29,295 bases of DNA from a virus (lineage: Duplodnaviria > Caudoviricetes). The position numbers and the translations under genes are program-made. How positions within the stretch are numbered: the first letter of the stretch is position 1; every line of letters begins with the position of its first letter. The DNA lies in the IMG/VR virus record IMGVR_UViG_3300033562_000279, positions 1 to 29,295 of that record; one strand, 5' to 3'. Below are positions 8,927 to 16,556 of this stretch, piece after piece. The notes beneath the pieces were generated by a model. The model saw only the letters and a program-made list of their open reading frames with translations, ran no database searches and was not told where the DNA came from.

Positions 8927-10189
8927 ATGCTTTATAATATATATGATAGAATCATTATAAATAATCAAGTTGATATTACAATTACTAATTATAGCAATGT
9001 AAACATTGAATCAGATATTGAAAAATTAACTGATAGATGTACTATTACTGTTCCCATTAAGAATTTAGTATTAGGTAAAGATCCGAATACTAAGAATTTA
9101 AGATTATTACAAAATAATAGTGAAGAACAATTTAATATAACAATTGGTAACAAAGTAACAGTTTATTTTAATTATTATAAAGATACTCAGCAACTTCAAA
9201 CTATAATTGATGATAAAGAATATCTTAAAAGTATTTTTATTGGTTATGTATCTACATTCAATTACAATGAAGATAGCATTGATATTGTATGCGAAGATTC
9301 TAACTGGTTATTCAAACAAAAACGACTGAAAAATAGTTGGACAATTACTAATAAAGATGGTAAGCAAACAACACCTAAACTATTAGATGTTATAAAATAT
9401 ATTAAAGATAATACACCAAATACATCAGATGTCAATTTAAATAGAGTACAAGATATTGAAATAGGTAAATTCAGAGTAAATGATCCAAGTACAGGTGCTG
9501 AAATATTTAATAAATTAAAAGATGAATACAGTATTCATATTTATTTTACTAATGAATGGGATGAAGCAACTAATAAAATGATTGTTTATCTGAATGCAGG
9601 GTTAAAATATAGATTAGAAAATACTGATTTCCAAACAAAAGCAATATATCAATATCCATATAATGACTTATACTATCCAATTATCAGTAAAAGTTTAGTA
9701 TTCAACACATTTAATAAAGAACGTGATTTAGCTGTAATAGGAACAAGTTATATTCAGAATAAAGATGAATCATACAAATATGCAACAAAAGATGGTATTA
9801 AAGGTACAATTGAAACACTTGATAAAAAGGATAAAACAGTAGGTGAAAATCAATTATTAAAAGAAATAGAAGACAGACCAACAAGAATAGAACTGAATAT
9901 ACCAAATTTAACTATATCACCATTCAGTGCAACAAATGAATATAGTGGTAGTTTAGCAGAAATGGTTAATCGAACGTGGTTAAATTTCCCAACAGAAGGA
10001 TATGAAGGATCATTTGAAACATTTGTTAAACCAATTATAAGAATAGGTGATATTATTGATATAAGAATAGCAGACGGACTAACTGAAAATCCAGCTTCTG
10101 AATTGCATTATGTTGATGAAGTATCTATTAGTCTATCAGCAAATACAGGATTAATACAAACAATTACATTAGGAACTAAAATATCATAA
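8927..10189 (+). CDS. Baseplate hub protein (P2 gpD / Mu gp44-like)
   Basis: V.IESDIEKLTDRCTITVP, IFIGYV, I.CED..W.FKQ, GYEGSFETF..P.I..GD and Y.VDEV...G..QTITLG.KI. Confidence 0.8.
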   Translation: MLYNIYDRIIINNQVDITITNYSNVNIESDIEKLTDRCTITVPIKNLVLGKDPNTKNLRLLQNNSEEQFNITIGNKVTVYFNYYKDTQQLQTIIDDKEYLKSIFIGYVSTFNYNEDSIDIVCEDSNWLFKQKRLKNSWTITNKDGKQTTPKLLDVIKYIKDNTPNTSDVNLNRVQDIEIGKFRVNDPSTGAEIFNKLKDEYSIHIYFTNEWDEATNKMIVYLNAGLKYRLENTDFQTKAIYQYPYNDLYYPIISKSLVFNTFNKERDLAVIGTSYIQNKDESYKYATKDGIKGTIETLDKKDKTVGENQLLKEIEDRPTRIELNIPNLTISPFSATNEYSGSLAEMVNRTWLNFPTEGYEGSFETFVKPIIRIGDIIDIRIADGLTENPASELHYVDEVSISLSANTGLIQTITLGTKIS

Positions 10190-10193
10190 TATT

Positions 10194-11720
10194 ATGAGTT
10201 TAAGAAGTGCATTATTAGATTTAACAAGAACATTCAGTGTTTTAGAATTATGTTATATACGTGAAACTGTTGATACATTGCAGAATACTGTTACTGTTGA
10301 ACCTGTTAATAGACCTGATTTTGATCCACAGAAACCTAATGTAAACAACTTCATTTATAACATTAAATATAGTTCAAGTATGTTAGGTTCAATTACTCAG
10401 CCACTTGAATCTACTTATGCTGTTGTTGGTTTTATCAATCCTAATGATGGATTTGTATTATTAACTGATAGTACTAAATCATTGACAGTACAATCACCAA
10501 CAGGAACATCAGCAACAATATCAATTGATGATGTTACTAAACAATTAAAAGTACTTATAAAAGAATTAGTTCCAATAAAAGATATTACAACCAAAACAGG
10601 TGATTATACAGTTGATGTTGAAAAAGATAATATATATAACAGAACAAAAGATGGTGCAATATTAAATATAAAGAAAGATATTGATATTTTAGCAGCAAAA
10701 GATGGTAAAGTAAGAGTTGCAGTACAAACGAATAAAGTATTCAATAGCAAAGTAGGAAGAAAATCATTTTATAGACCTGATAATGTAAACAATATTTATA
10801 AATCTAAACAGAATTATAATAAATGTATTGCTGATAAAGGTCTATTGACATTCTGTTCTGCTTTGTTAAATGATAGATCTATCTCATTATATAAGCAATA
10901 TAACATTGTTCCGGGTACAAATTCAAATATTCAGAATATATTAGAGTTAATATCAATTAAAAAAACACAGTTAAGTAGTGATGAATTTACTGCTGATTTT
11001 GATAATATCATTAAATTACTTGATGATGCAAGTGAACAAATAATAAAAGAACCTGATTTTTTAAGTGTATCATTAAATACACAGTCTAAGGATAAAATAA
11101 GATTAATCATAGATGAAATTGTTTCACAGTTTGTTACAGAAACAATCACAACATCAGGTGAAACATTAAGTGGTACAGTGATTGTTATTAAACCTGATAA
11201 AGAGATATTTGAGAATTTTAACAAGTTTAAAGATTTATACAATTCATTCACTAATTTTGATAATAAAGATGTAAACAGTCTATTATTATTTATGATTACT
11301 AATTCTGAATTTATCGGTTATTACTATTCATTAGTAGAATTAGCATATAGATCATTAACAAGTACTTTTGTTGAACCACAGACAGTTATAACACTTTTAC
11401 AGAACTATTATGATAAATATAAAGATGTTGGTATTGCTAAAATAGAAACCGACATACTTGAAGAAGAAATAACATCTACTGTTAATAAAGTAAATGACAT
11501 TGAAACAACTGTATCTTTATTTGAAGTTATCAAGGAACAAAATACATTGATTCTTAATCTAACTGAAACAATTAAGAACTTAATTAATAGTGGTGCGGTT
11601 GCAGATCCATCAACTCACGTTGTTACATTTACAGGATTAGCTTCATTTACAACAAACATCGAAAAAGAAATACAAGACTTAGATATTAATTCACAGAAAA
11701 CAGAAGAATTATTAAAATAA
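10194..11720 (+). CDS. Baseplate spike protein (P2 gpV / Mu gp45-like) with a large central insertion
   Basis: After the hub; OB-fold-like N-terminus (TVTVEP...P..STYAVVGFI), beta-repeat stretch, helical C-terminus; unusually long at 508 aa. Confidence 0.6.
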   Translation: MSLRSALLDLTRTFSVLELCYIRETVDTLQNTVTVEPVNRPDFDPQKPNVNNFIYNIKYSSSMLGSITQPLESTYAVVGFINPNDGFVLLTDSTKSLTVQSPTGTSATISIDDVTKQLKVLIKELVPIKDITTKTGDYTVDVEKDNIYNRTKDGAILNIKKDIDILAAKDGKVRVAVQTNKVFNSKVGRKSFYRPDNVNNIYKSKQNYNKCIADKGLLTFCSALLNDRSISLYKQYNIVPGTNSNIQNILELISIKKTQLSSDEFTADFDNIIKLLDDASEQIIKEPDFLSVSLNTQSKDKIRLIIDEIVSQFVTETITTSGETLSGTVIVIKPDKEIFENFNKFKDLYNSFTNFDNKDVNSLLLFMITNSEFIGYYYSLVELAYRSLTSTFVEPQTVITLLQNYYDKYKDVGIAKIETDILEEEITSTVNKVNDIETTVSLFEVIKEQNTLILNLTETIKNLINSGAVADPSTHVVTFTGLASFTTNIEKEIQDLDINSQKTEELLK

Positions 11721-11750
11721 AAAAAGTGAATGTTACTTCACTTTCTTTTT
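11719..11750. terminator. Probable bidirectional terminator at convergent gene ends
   Basis: AAAGTGAA-TGTTAC-TTCACTTT hairpin flanked by an A run and a T-rich run. Confidence 0.55.
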
Positions 11751-12008
11751 ATTCATTTTATCTCTTTTTATGTTGAAAACGTGTGGATAAAGTTCATTTG
11801 CATTCAATTTATCACTATTAATCATTGATATTTCATTCTTTCTGAGATAAATTATATTGTTATGTATCTCGTCTATTCGCATATCAATAAGAACTTCATT
11901 CAACATTTTCTCACCATCATTACCTTCTGCTGAATTAATTATCTTTTTTAATTCAAGTAACTGATCTAATTCAGTTATAATATCTTTGTATTTATTATAT
12001 ATTTCCAT
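11733..12008 (-). CDS. Hypothetical protein
   Basis: 91 aa, tightly packed behind 12011-12409. Confidence 0.7.
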   Translation of the reverse strand: MEIYNKYKDIITELDQLLELKKIINSAEGNDGEKMLNEVLIDMRIDEIHNNIIYLRKNEISMINSDKLNANELYPHVFNIKRDKMNKKKVK

Positions 12009-12010
12009 TT

Positions 12011-12409
12011 TTATTTTCTTTTTAAGTGTATTAATAATAGTTTGTTATTTGAATCAACAGTTTTTACAACAGATATAGTAGGATAGAAATAATCATAAAA
12101 CGGATATGTATTAATATTTCTACCATTTATATGAATGATTGCAACATCACCTGTAAATTCAAATGGTGCTTTCTTTACAATAGGTTTAATACTATTCAAA
12201 CTGTCAAATTTAGTTTGATACTTCACTTCATTTACACTGATTGTTCTATTTAAACTATCATTCATATTATGCAGAATGTTAGTTCTAATTATTTCTGTTC
12301 TCAATTTATCATTCAGTGATTCTTTTTCATTTACAGTAATATAACTATAAACTGATATTCCTATTGTTAAACAGGAAGTCATAATCCAAGGCATTAATGT
12401 TTTTTTCAT
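12011..12409 (-). CDS. Hypothetical membrane-anchored coiled-coil protein
   Basis: N-terminal hydrophobic segment (LMPWIMTSCLTIGISVYSYITV) then heptad-like region; has its own host-type promoter. Confidence 0.7.
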   Translation of the reverse strand: MKKTLMPWIMTSCLTIGISVYSYITVNEKESLNDKLRTEIIRTNILHNMNDSLNRTISVNEVKYQTKFDSLNSIKPIVKKAPFEFTGDVAIIHINGRNINTYPFYDYFYPTISVVKTVDSNNKLLLIHLKRK

Positions 12410-12443
12410 TTTGTTTAAGTATTTAATTGTTAATAATTCGATA

Positions 12444-12474
12444 CAAAAGTATATATTAAATAATTCAATTCAAA
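12444..12474 (-). promoter_or_regulatory. Bacteroidota housekeeping promoter TTTG-N19-TACTTTTG
   Basis: On the minus strand, TTTG (12474-12471), 19-nt spacer, TAnnTTTG (12451-12444), 34 nt upstream of the ATG at 12409. Confidence 0.75.
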
Positions 12475-12893
12475 ACAATATTGTAAGTTTTTTTATAAAA
12501 AACATCATTATTATCTTTTTTATAACCAATTAACCTATTATTTTCTGTTATAAAGGTTCTTCTTTTACCATTTGAACTCTTAGATGATTGTGTTAAATGT
12601 AAATTATAACTGAATGTGATGATACTATCTGTTGTTCTAAACATAATAGGTAAATACAATTCATTTAATTTATATTCTAAAACATCAAATTCATATTTAA
12701 AATAAATATCTTCTGTTTGAAATATATTATATTGCTTATATGTAAACGGTATTAACATAGTATTACAGTTTTTAACTACTTCAAGTTGATCAGGTCTAAA
12801 ACCTATTGTTTCATCCATATAGTTATATCTATATTTGTCAGAATCTATATTGAATAAAACTACTCTACCATATTTATTTAAAATCATTTTCAT
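12465..12893 (-). CDS. Hypothetical protein
   Basis: 142 aa ORF in the minus-strand cluster; no recognised motif. Confidence 0.7.
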   Translation of the reverse strand: MKMILNKYGRVVLFNIDSDKYRYNYMDETIGFRPDQLEVVKNCNTMLIPFTYKQYNIFQTEDIYFKYEFDVLEYKLNELYLPIMFRTTDSIITFSYNLHLTQSSKSSNGKRRTFITENNRLIGYKKDNNDVFYKKTYNIVLN

Positions 12894-12897
12894 ATAA

Positions 12898-13119
12898 CTA
12901 AGAATTTAAAGTGAAATAAAATTCATCATTGTCTAATTTCCAACCTAACTCAAATAACAATTGTTTGTGTTCATCATTTTTGATCCATTCATCAAAACCA
13001 AAGTAAACTCGATTATCTAAATCAGGATATAAACCATAAGAATCATTTTCAGGAATATATTTAGTCAATAAATCAATTCCCAAATAAAAGTTGTGTAGTT
13101 TCAAAGTGTTTGTTTTCAT
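12898..13119 (-). CDS. Hypothetical protein (73 aa; start revised to MKTNTLKL)
   Basis: The track's extension to 13176 runs through a poly-T promoter-like tract; the ATG at 13119 is more plausible. Confidence 0.65.
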   Translation of the reverse strand: MKTNTLKLHNFYLGIDLLTKYIPENDSYGLYPDLDNRVYFGFDEWIKNDEHKQLLFELGWKLDNDEFYFTLNS

Positions 13120-13143
13120 AAAAATAAAATGTTTAATTGTTTC

Positions 13144-13161
13144 TATATATAAGTATAAAAA
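13144..13161 (-). promoter_or_regulatory. Putative early/middle promoter TTTTTATACTTATATATA
   Basis: 17/18 identical to 15798-15815 (+); 24 nt upstream of the ATG at 13119. Confidence 0.55.
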
Positions 13162-13184
13162 AAAATAAATAAACACATATAGAT

Positions 13185-13235
13185 TTTGGATGTGATGATG
13201 TCACTACATTTGGATTCCGTTCCATCACATCCAAA
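13185..13235. repeat. 13-bp perfect inverted repeat (hairpin)
   Basis: TTTGGATGTGATG ... CATCACATCCAAA with a 25-nt loop. Confidence 0.85.
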
Positions 13236-13278
13236 GATATGTTGAATGATATAACAAATCAATAGTGATTTAACAAAC

Positions 13279-13570
13279 AATCCATAAAGGATAATTAATA
13301 AATAATATAGATTTATATATAGAAATAATGATAAATAAAGACTTGTTACTTATGATGCACACTTTTACATCGAACTTGACATAAAGTGTATTAATCTTTA
13401 CTATGATAAAATATTATAACTTTTAAAATCTTGAAACATTGATTAAATGGTATTTTCTTATAAAAAAATATAAAAGCGTGAATCATAAGTAACAAGATTA
13501 AATTATAATATAAATTATATAATCTATAATATATTCTATAAATTATCTTATAAATTATCCTTTATGGATT
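13279..13570. repeat. Long nested imperfect inverted repeat; candidate replication origin or structured RNA
   Basis: 18-bp perfect arms 13279-13296/13553-13570; 8-bp arms 13306-13313/13521-13528; 26-bp arms with 2 mismatches 13342-13367/13471-13496. Confidence 0.85.
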
Positions 13571-13678
13571 ATCATTTAGATTAACCTTTATTTCAATTCA
13601 TTTCAATTGTATTTGATTTATTATTTTATCCTTGAAGAGGATTACTTGTTAATAACATTTTATTTAAGCAATCAAACC

Positions 13679-13739
13679 ATTATTCATTGAATCCGATATA
13701 GCGTAAGCGTATATAATCGGATTCAATACAATGAATAAT
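13679..13739. repeat. Hairpin with apical GCGTAAGC
   Basis: ATTGAATCCGAT (13686-13697)/ATCGGATTCAAT (13716-13727); alternative outer pair ATTATTCATTG/CAATGAATAAT. Confidence 0.8.
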
Positions 13740-13747
13740 CAATATAT

Positions 13748-13781
13748 GAAAATACCTTGACTATTATCATAATCAAGGTAT
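13748..13781 (-). terminator. Probable terminator of the polymerase gene
   Basis: ATACCTTGA/TCAAGGTAT stem ~30 nt past the stop, followed by a short T run on the minus strand. Confidence 0.6.
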
Positions 13782-13810
13782 ATAATTAATAAAAACAGAT
13801 ATGCTTTAAT

Positions 13811-15058
13811 CTACATTAGTTTATAGTCTTTGAAACCTTGTTTATCAAATTCATTTTTTAATGTTTTTAACATAACATCATAATCTGATTTTTTTACATA
13901 AATTGAATCGTGAACAGGAAGACAATCAATTCCATTTTTAGATAAATGTTTATATGTTGAAATGAACACATCAGATTCAGTTGATTGTAATTGAATTGCT
14001 AATTCATTTTTATTTTCTTTTTTCAATTCTTTAATTGCATTGTATATAAACGGAAAATCATTTTTGAAAACAATTTCAAATGCAGCAGAACCTTTATTGC
14101 CTTTAAACAATAATTTAACAAATTGCACCTTACTATCATTTCTGTTAGTTATTGCCTTTGTAATCATTTTAAGTTCTTTACTACAATATTCATTGTATAG
14201 ATTATCACCTTTTAATTCAGTATAACGAGTTAAACAATAATTATAAATATCATCATTTTTAATAACATCAAATAATCTAATAACTTCTGAATTTACCGGA
14301 TATAATTTCAATAGATAAGAAGCTAAGAAATAAGGTTGTGATGATTTTAAATCCGAACATACTAATTGTTCACCATTGATATAACAAAACTCTCTCAATT
14401 CTCTTTTTACTAAATTGAATGTATTGAATATCCTGCCTGTTTTTTCATCTTCAACAATGATCCATTTCTTTTCATTAATATCATTAATCATACGATAGTA
14501 ACAATTGAATTTATTAGTATTGAATGAACCGTCAGATTTAATAAAATAAGTATTAGTATCTAAGTTAGCAAACCAATTTAAAGCAGCAGAATAATCAAAT
14601 TCAATACTGTCTAATGTATCAAGTAATTCAGGAAACTTTTCTTTATTTAATTTATATTCTTTTTCTAATTTAACATAAGTGTTAAAATCATTGATGATTA
14701 TTTCTTCCATTGTGTAAATATCTTCTAATTCAATTTTAGTCATAAACGAATCAGCAATCCAGTAATCTTTTGATTTTTCACCAACAATGTATTGATTATC
14801 TGTTTCAATGATATTATGATCTAATAATGCAGATACAATATCAACATAGTTTCTACCTAATAAATGTTTAATATATTCTGCTTTTAATCTTGCTCTTTCG
14901 TATCTAATATCTTTATTGGTATAAGAACAACTTTGTCGTTCAATCAATTCTAAGAATAAAAAGAATTTCTCTCTTTGAAGTTTTCGAGAATAAACATCTT
15001 TTAATAAAGAATCTACTTGCGAAGTAAATGCTAATGAAAATTTAATTGTGTGTGTCAT
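13811..15058 (-). CDS. Minimal family-A-like polymerase (TV-Pol-like), 415 aa; start revised to MTHTIKF
   Basis: GRIFN, motif A (LVCSDLKSSQP), DIY, motif B (RNDSK), LQSTES, motif C (VHDS); no exonuclease domain; possible winged-helix N-terminus; A-rich leader before the ATG at 15058. Confidence 0.8.
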   Translation of the reverse strand: MTHTIKFSLAFTSQVDSLLKDVYSRKLQREKFFLFLELIERQSCSYTNKDIRYERARLKAEYIKHLLGRNYVDIVSALLDHNIIETDNQYIVGEKSKDYWIADSFMTKIELEDIYTMEEIIINDFNTYVKLEKEYKLNKEKFPELLDTLDSIEFDYSAALNWFANLDTNTYFIKSDGSFNTNKFNCYYRMINDINEKKWIIVEDEKTGRIFNTFNLVKRELREFCYINGEQLVCSDLKSSQPYFLASYLLKLYPVNSEVIRLFDVIKNDDIYNYCLTRYTELKGDNLYNEYCSKELKMITKAITNRNDSKVQFVKLLFKGNKGSAAFEIVFKNDFPFIYNAIKELKKENKNELAIQLQSTESDVFISTYKHLSKNGIDCLPVHDSIYVKKSDYDVMLKTLKNEFDKQGFKDYKLM

Positions 15059-15123
15059 TGTTTTGTTAGTTTGATTGTTAATAAATATTCTGTAGTATTT
15101 TTTAAAATGATGTGTTAATTTAA

Positions 15124-15163
15124 GTAGTATAAATAGAAGTAGGATACTACGCCTACTTCTATT
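15124..15163 (-). promoter_or_regulatory. Hairpin/H-type pseudoknot in the polymerase leader
   Basis: Minus strand AATAGAAGTAGG-CGTAGTAT-CCTACTTCTATT-T-ATACTAC: 12-bp stem whose loop GTAGTAT is complementary to the following ATACTAC. Confidence 0.6.
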
Positions 15164-15256
15164 CTTCAAACTAACACTAAACAAAAAACTTTATAAAAAT
15201 GAAAGACTGTCAAGATGCTTTCATTTAATATAAATATAAATAAAAAAAAATAAAAT

Positions 15257-15307
15257 ATCTTAAAAAATATTTTTAACTCATTGATAATCAATGATACTTT
15301 TTAAGAT
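15257..15307. promoter_or_regulatory. Nested palindrome overlapping an IHF-consensus site
   Basis: TCATTGAT-A-ATCAATGA (15278-15294) inside ATCTTAAAAA/TTTTTAAGAT; TAACTCATTGATA (15274-15286) fits YAANNNNTTGATW. Confidence 0.45.
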
Positions 15308-15394
15308 TTTCAATCAAACCTTAAATTGAACGCATTTTAACAAAGAACACACACTTTAATTATAATAAACTTTGACATTCAAAACAAATAATAT

Positions 15395-15706
15395 TTAATG
15401 AAAATCAGAAATATTAGGAACATTCTGAATAAACTCTTTTTTATCAAAGAAATCATTCAATATTAATCTACACTCATATCTTTTACATTCTACTCTATTT
15501 CTGCTATTATAAATAGGTATTAACACTATATCATCATTGGTGTAATTATGTTCTCTAATCCACTTGTATAGCTTCTTATTGTATTGCTTAGATTTTTCAT
15601 TAAAGCAATCTGTTTTATGTTGATATTCTCTTCTTGATAAATTATTGGTCATTCCAACATATCTGATAATACCTTCAATTTCTATTTTATAGCACACATA
15701 CATCAT
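15395..15706 (-). CDS. Small GIY-YIG nuclease
   Basis: VCYKIEIEGIIRYVGMTNNLSRREYQH, later conserved E and QN; catalytic domain only (103 aa). Confidence 0.8.
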   Translation of the reverse strand: MMYVCYKIEIEGIIRYVGMTNNLSRREYQHKTDCFNEKSKQYNKKLYKWIREHNYTNDDIVLIPIYNSRNRVECKRYECRLILNDFFDKKEFIQNVPNISDFH

Positions 15707-15797
15707 AAAAAATGCGTTTTAAGACTATTTTATTTCAGTCGATTATTTGTAATTAATTAATATTCAAATTCTTAACAGCAAAATGTTTTTATTTTTC

Positions 15798-15815
15798 TTT
15801 TTATACTTATTTATA
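15798..15815 (+). promoter_or_regulatory. Putative early/middle promoter TTTTTATACTTATTTATA
   Basis: Near-identical to 13144-13161 (-); upstream of the rightward 15868-17012 genes. Confidence 0.55.
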
Positions 15816-15867
15816 AGAAAGAGAGAATAATAAAAAACAATCTAATAACAATTTAAAACTAAACAAA

Positions 15868-15993
15868 ATGAAAATCAGAATCAGAATGAAGTCCTTATTT
15901 AAGTATTACACTTTTTCAGAATTATATTCAACTGAAAGAATTGCAATCATAATATCATTGATTGTAGCATTAATAATAACATTAACCATTTAA
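15868..15993 (+). CDS. Small membrane protein (41 aa), not in the ORF track
   Basis: MKIRIRMKSLFKYYTFSELYSTERIAIIISLIVALIITLTI; same ATTTAAAACTAAACA leader as the next gene. Confidence 0.6.
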   Translation: MKIRIRMKSLFKYYTFSELYSTERIAIIISLIVALIITLTI

Positions 15994-16004
15994 AACTAAA
16001 CACT

Positions 16005-16484
16005 ATGTTAAGCGAAAAACTTTTAAACAAAATTAAACAGAATACTACAACTGTTGAAGAAAATGAAATTAAAGGAAGAAATCTATTTATAGATAACTTT
16101 GTAAAAAAACAATTACCTGATTACAAAATTATAGATACTGAAATCAATGACAGAAATGATTTGTTTTTAGTCAATGATGATAATATATTAATAGTAGAAG
16201 TGAAATACAGAAATGAAAATTATATTAACGGTACTATGTTATTAGAAGAAAAGAAATATAATGGATTATTAAACATTAAGAATCAAATATCAGAAGTTTG
16301 TAATAAAACTGTTAAAATATTATATTCATTCGTATTTGATAATAACATAGTTAAAATAAGTAATCTGAATGATAATATAAATAATTATAAATGGACTGAT
16401 CAACAACATCAAAAAACACAATGTTTCAGTCAAGAAAAAATAAATAAAAAAGTAACATTTTTAACTGACTTTAAATACTTCTAA
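16005..16484 (+). CDS. PD-(D/E)XK family nuclease
   Basis: E...DRNDL...IVEVKYR catalytic pattern followed by LLEEKKY. Confidence 0.75.
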   Translation: MLSEKLLNKIKQNTTTVEENEIKGRNLFIDNFVKKQLPDYKIIDTEINDRNDLFLVNDDNILIVEVKYRNENYINGTMLLEEKKYNGLLNIKNQISEVCNKTVKILYSFVFDNNIVKISNLNDNINNYKWTDQQHQKTQCFSQEKINKKVTFLTDFKYF

Positions 16485-16556
16485 TAATATGAAACAATCT
16501 TGTGACCTAAGAATACTTATTTTATTCATCATACTAATACTATTATACAATTACTT

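Noticed and set aside
13185-13213. Possible host promoter TTTG-N17-TACATTTG on +
   Set aside because: Spacer is short, it lies inside a hairpin and no ORF follows; it could only be revived by evidence of a non-coding transcript
13177-13810. CRISPR array, tRNA, retron or DGR element, or protelomerase hairpin end
   Set aside because: Repeats are inverted rather than regularly spaced direct repeats; no cloverleaf seen; no reverse transcriptase or tyrosine recombinase/protelomerase in the genome
15059-15184. 42-aa N-terminal extension of the polymerase given by the ORF track
   Set aside because: Non-ATG start running through the hairpin leader; the ATG at 15058 has a typical A-rich initiation region
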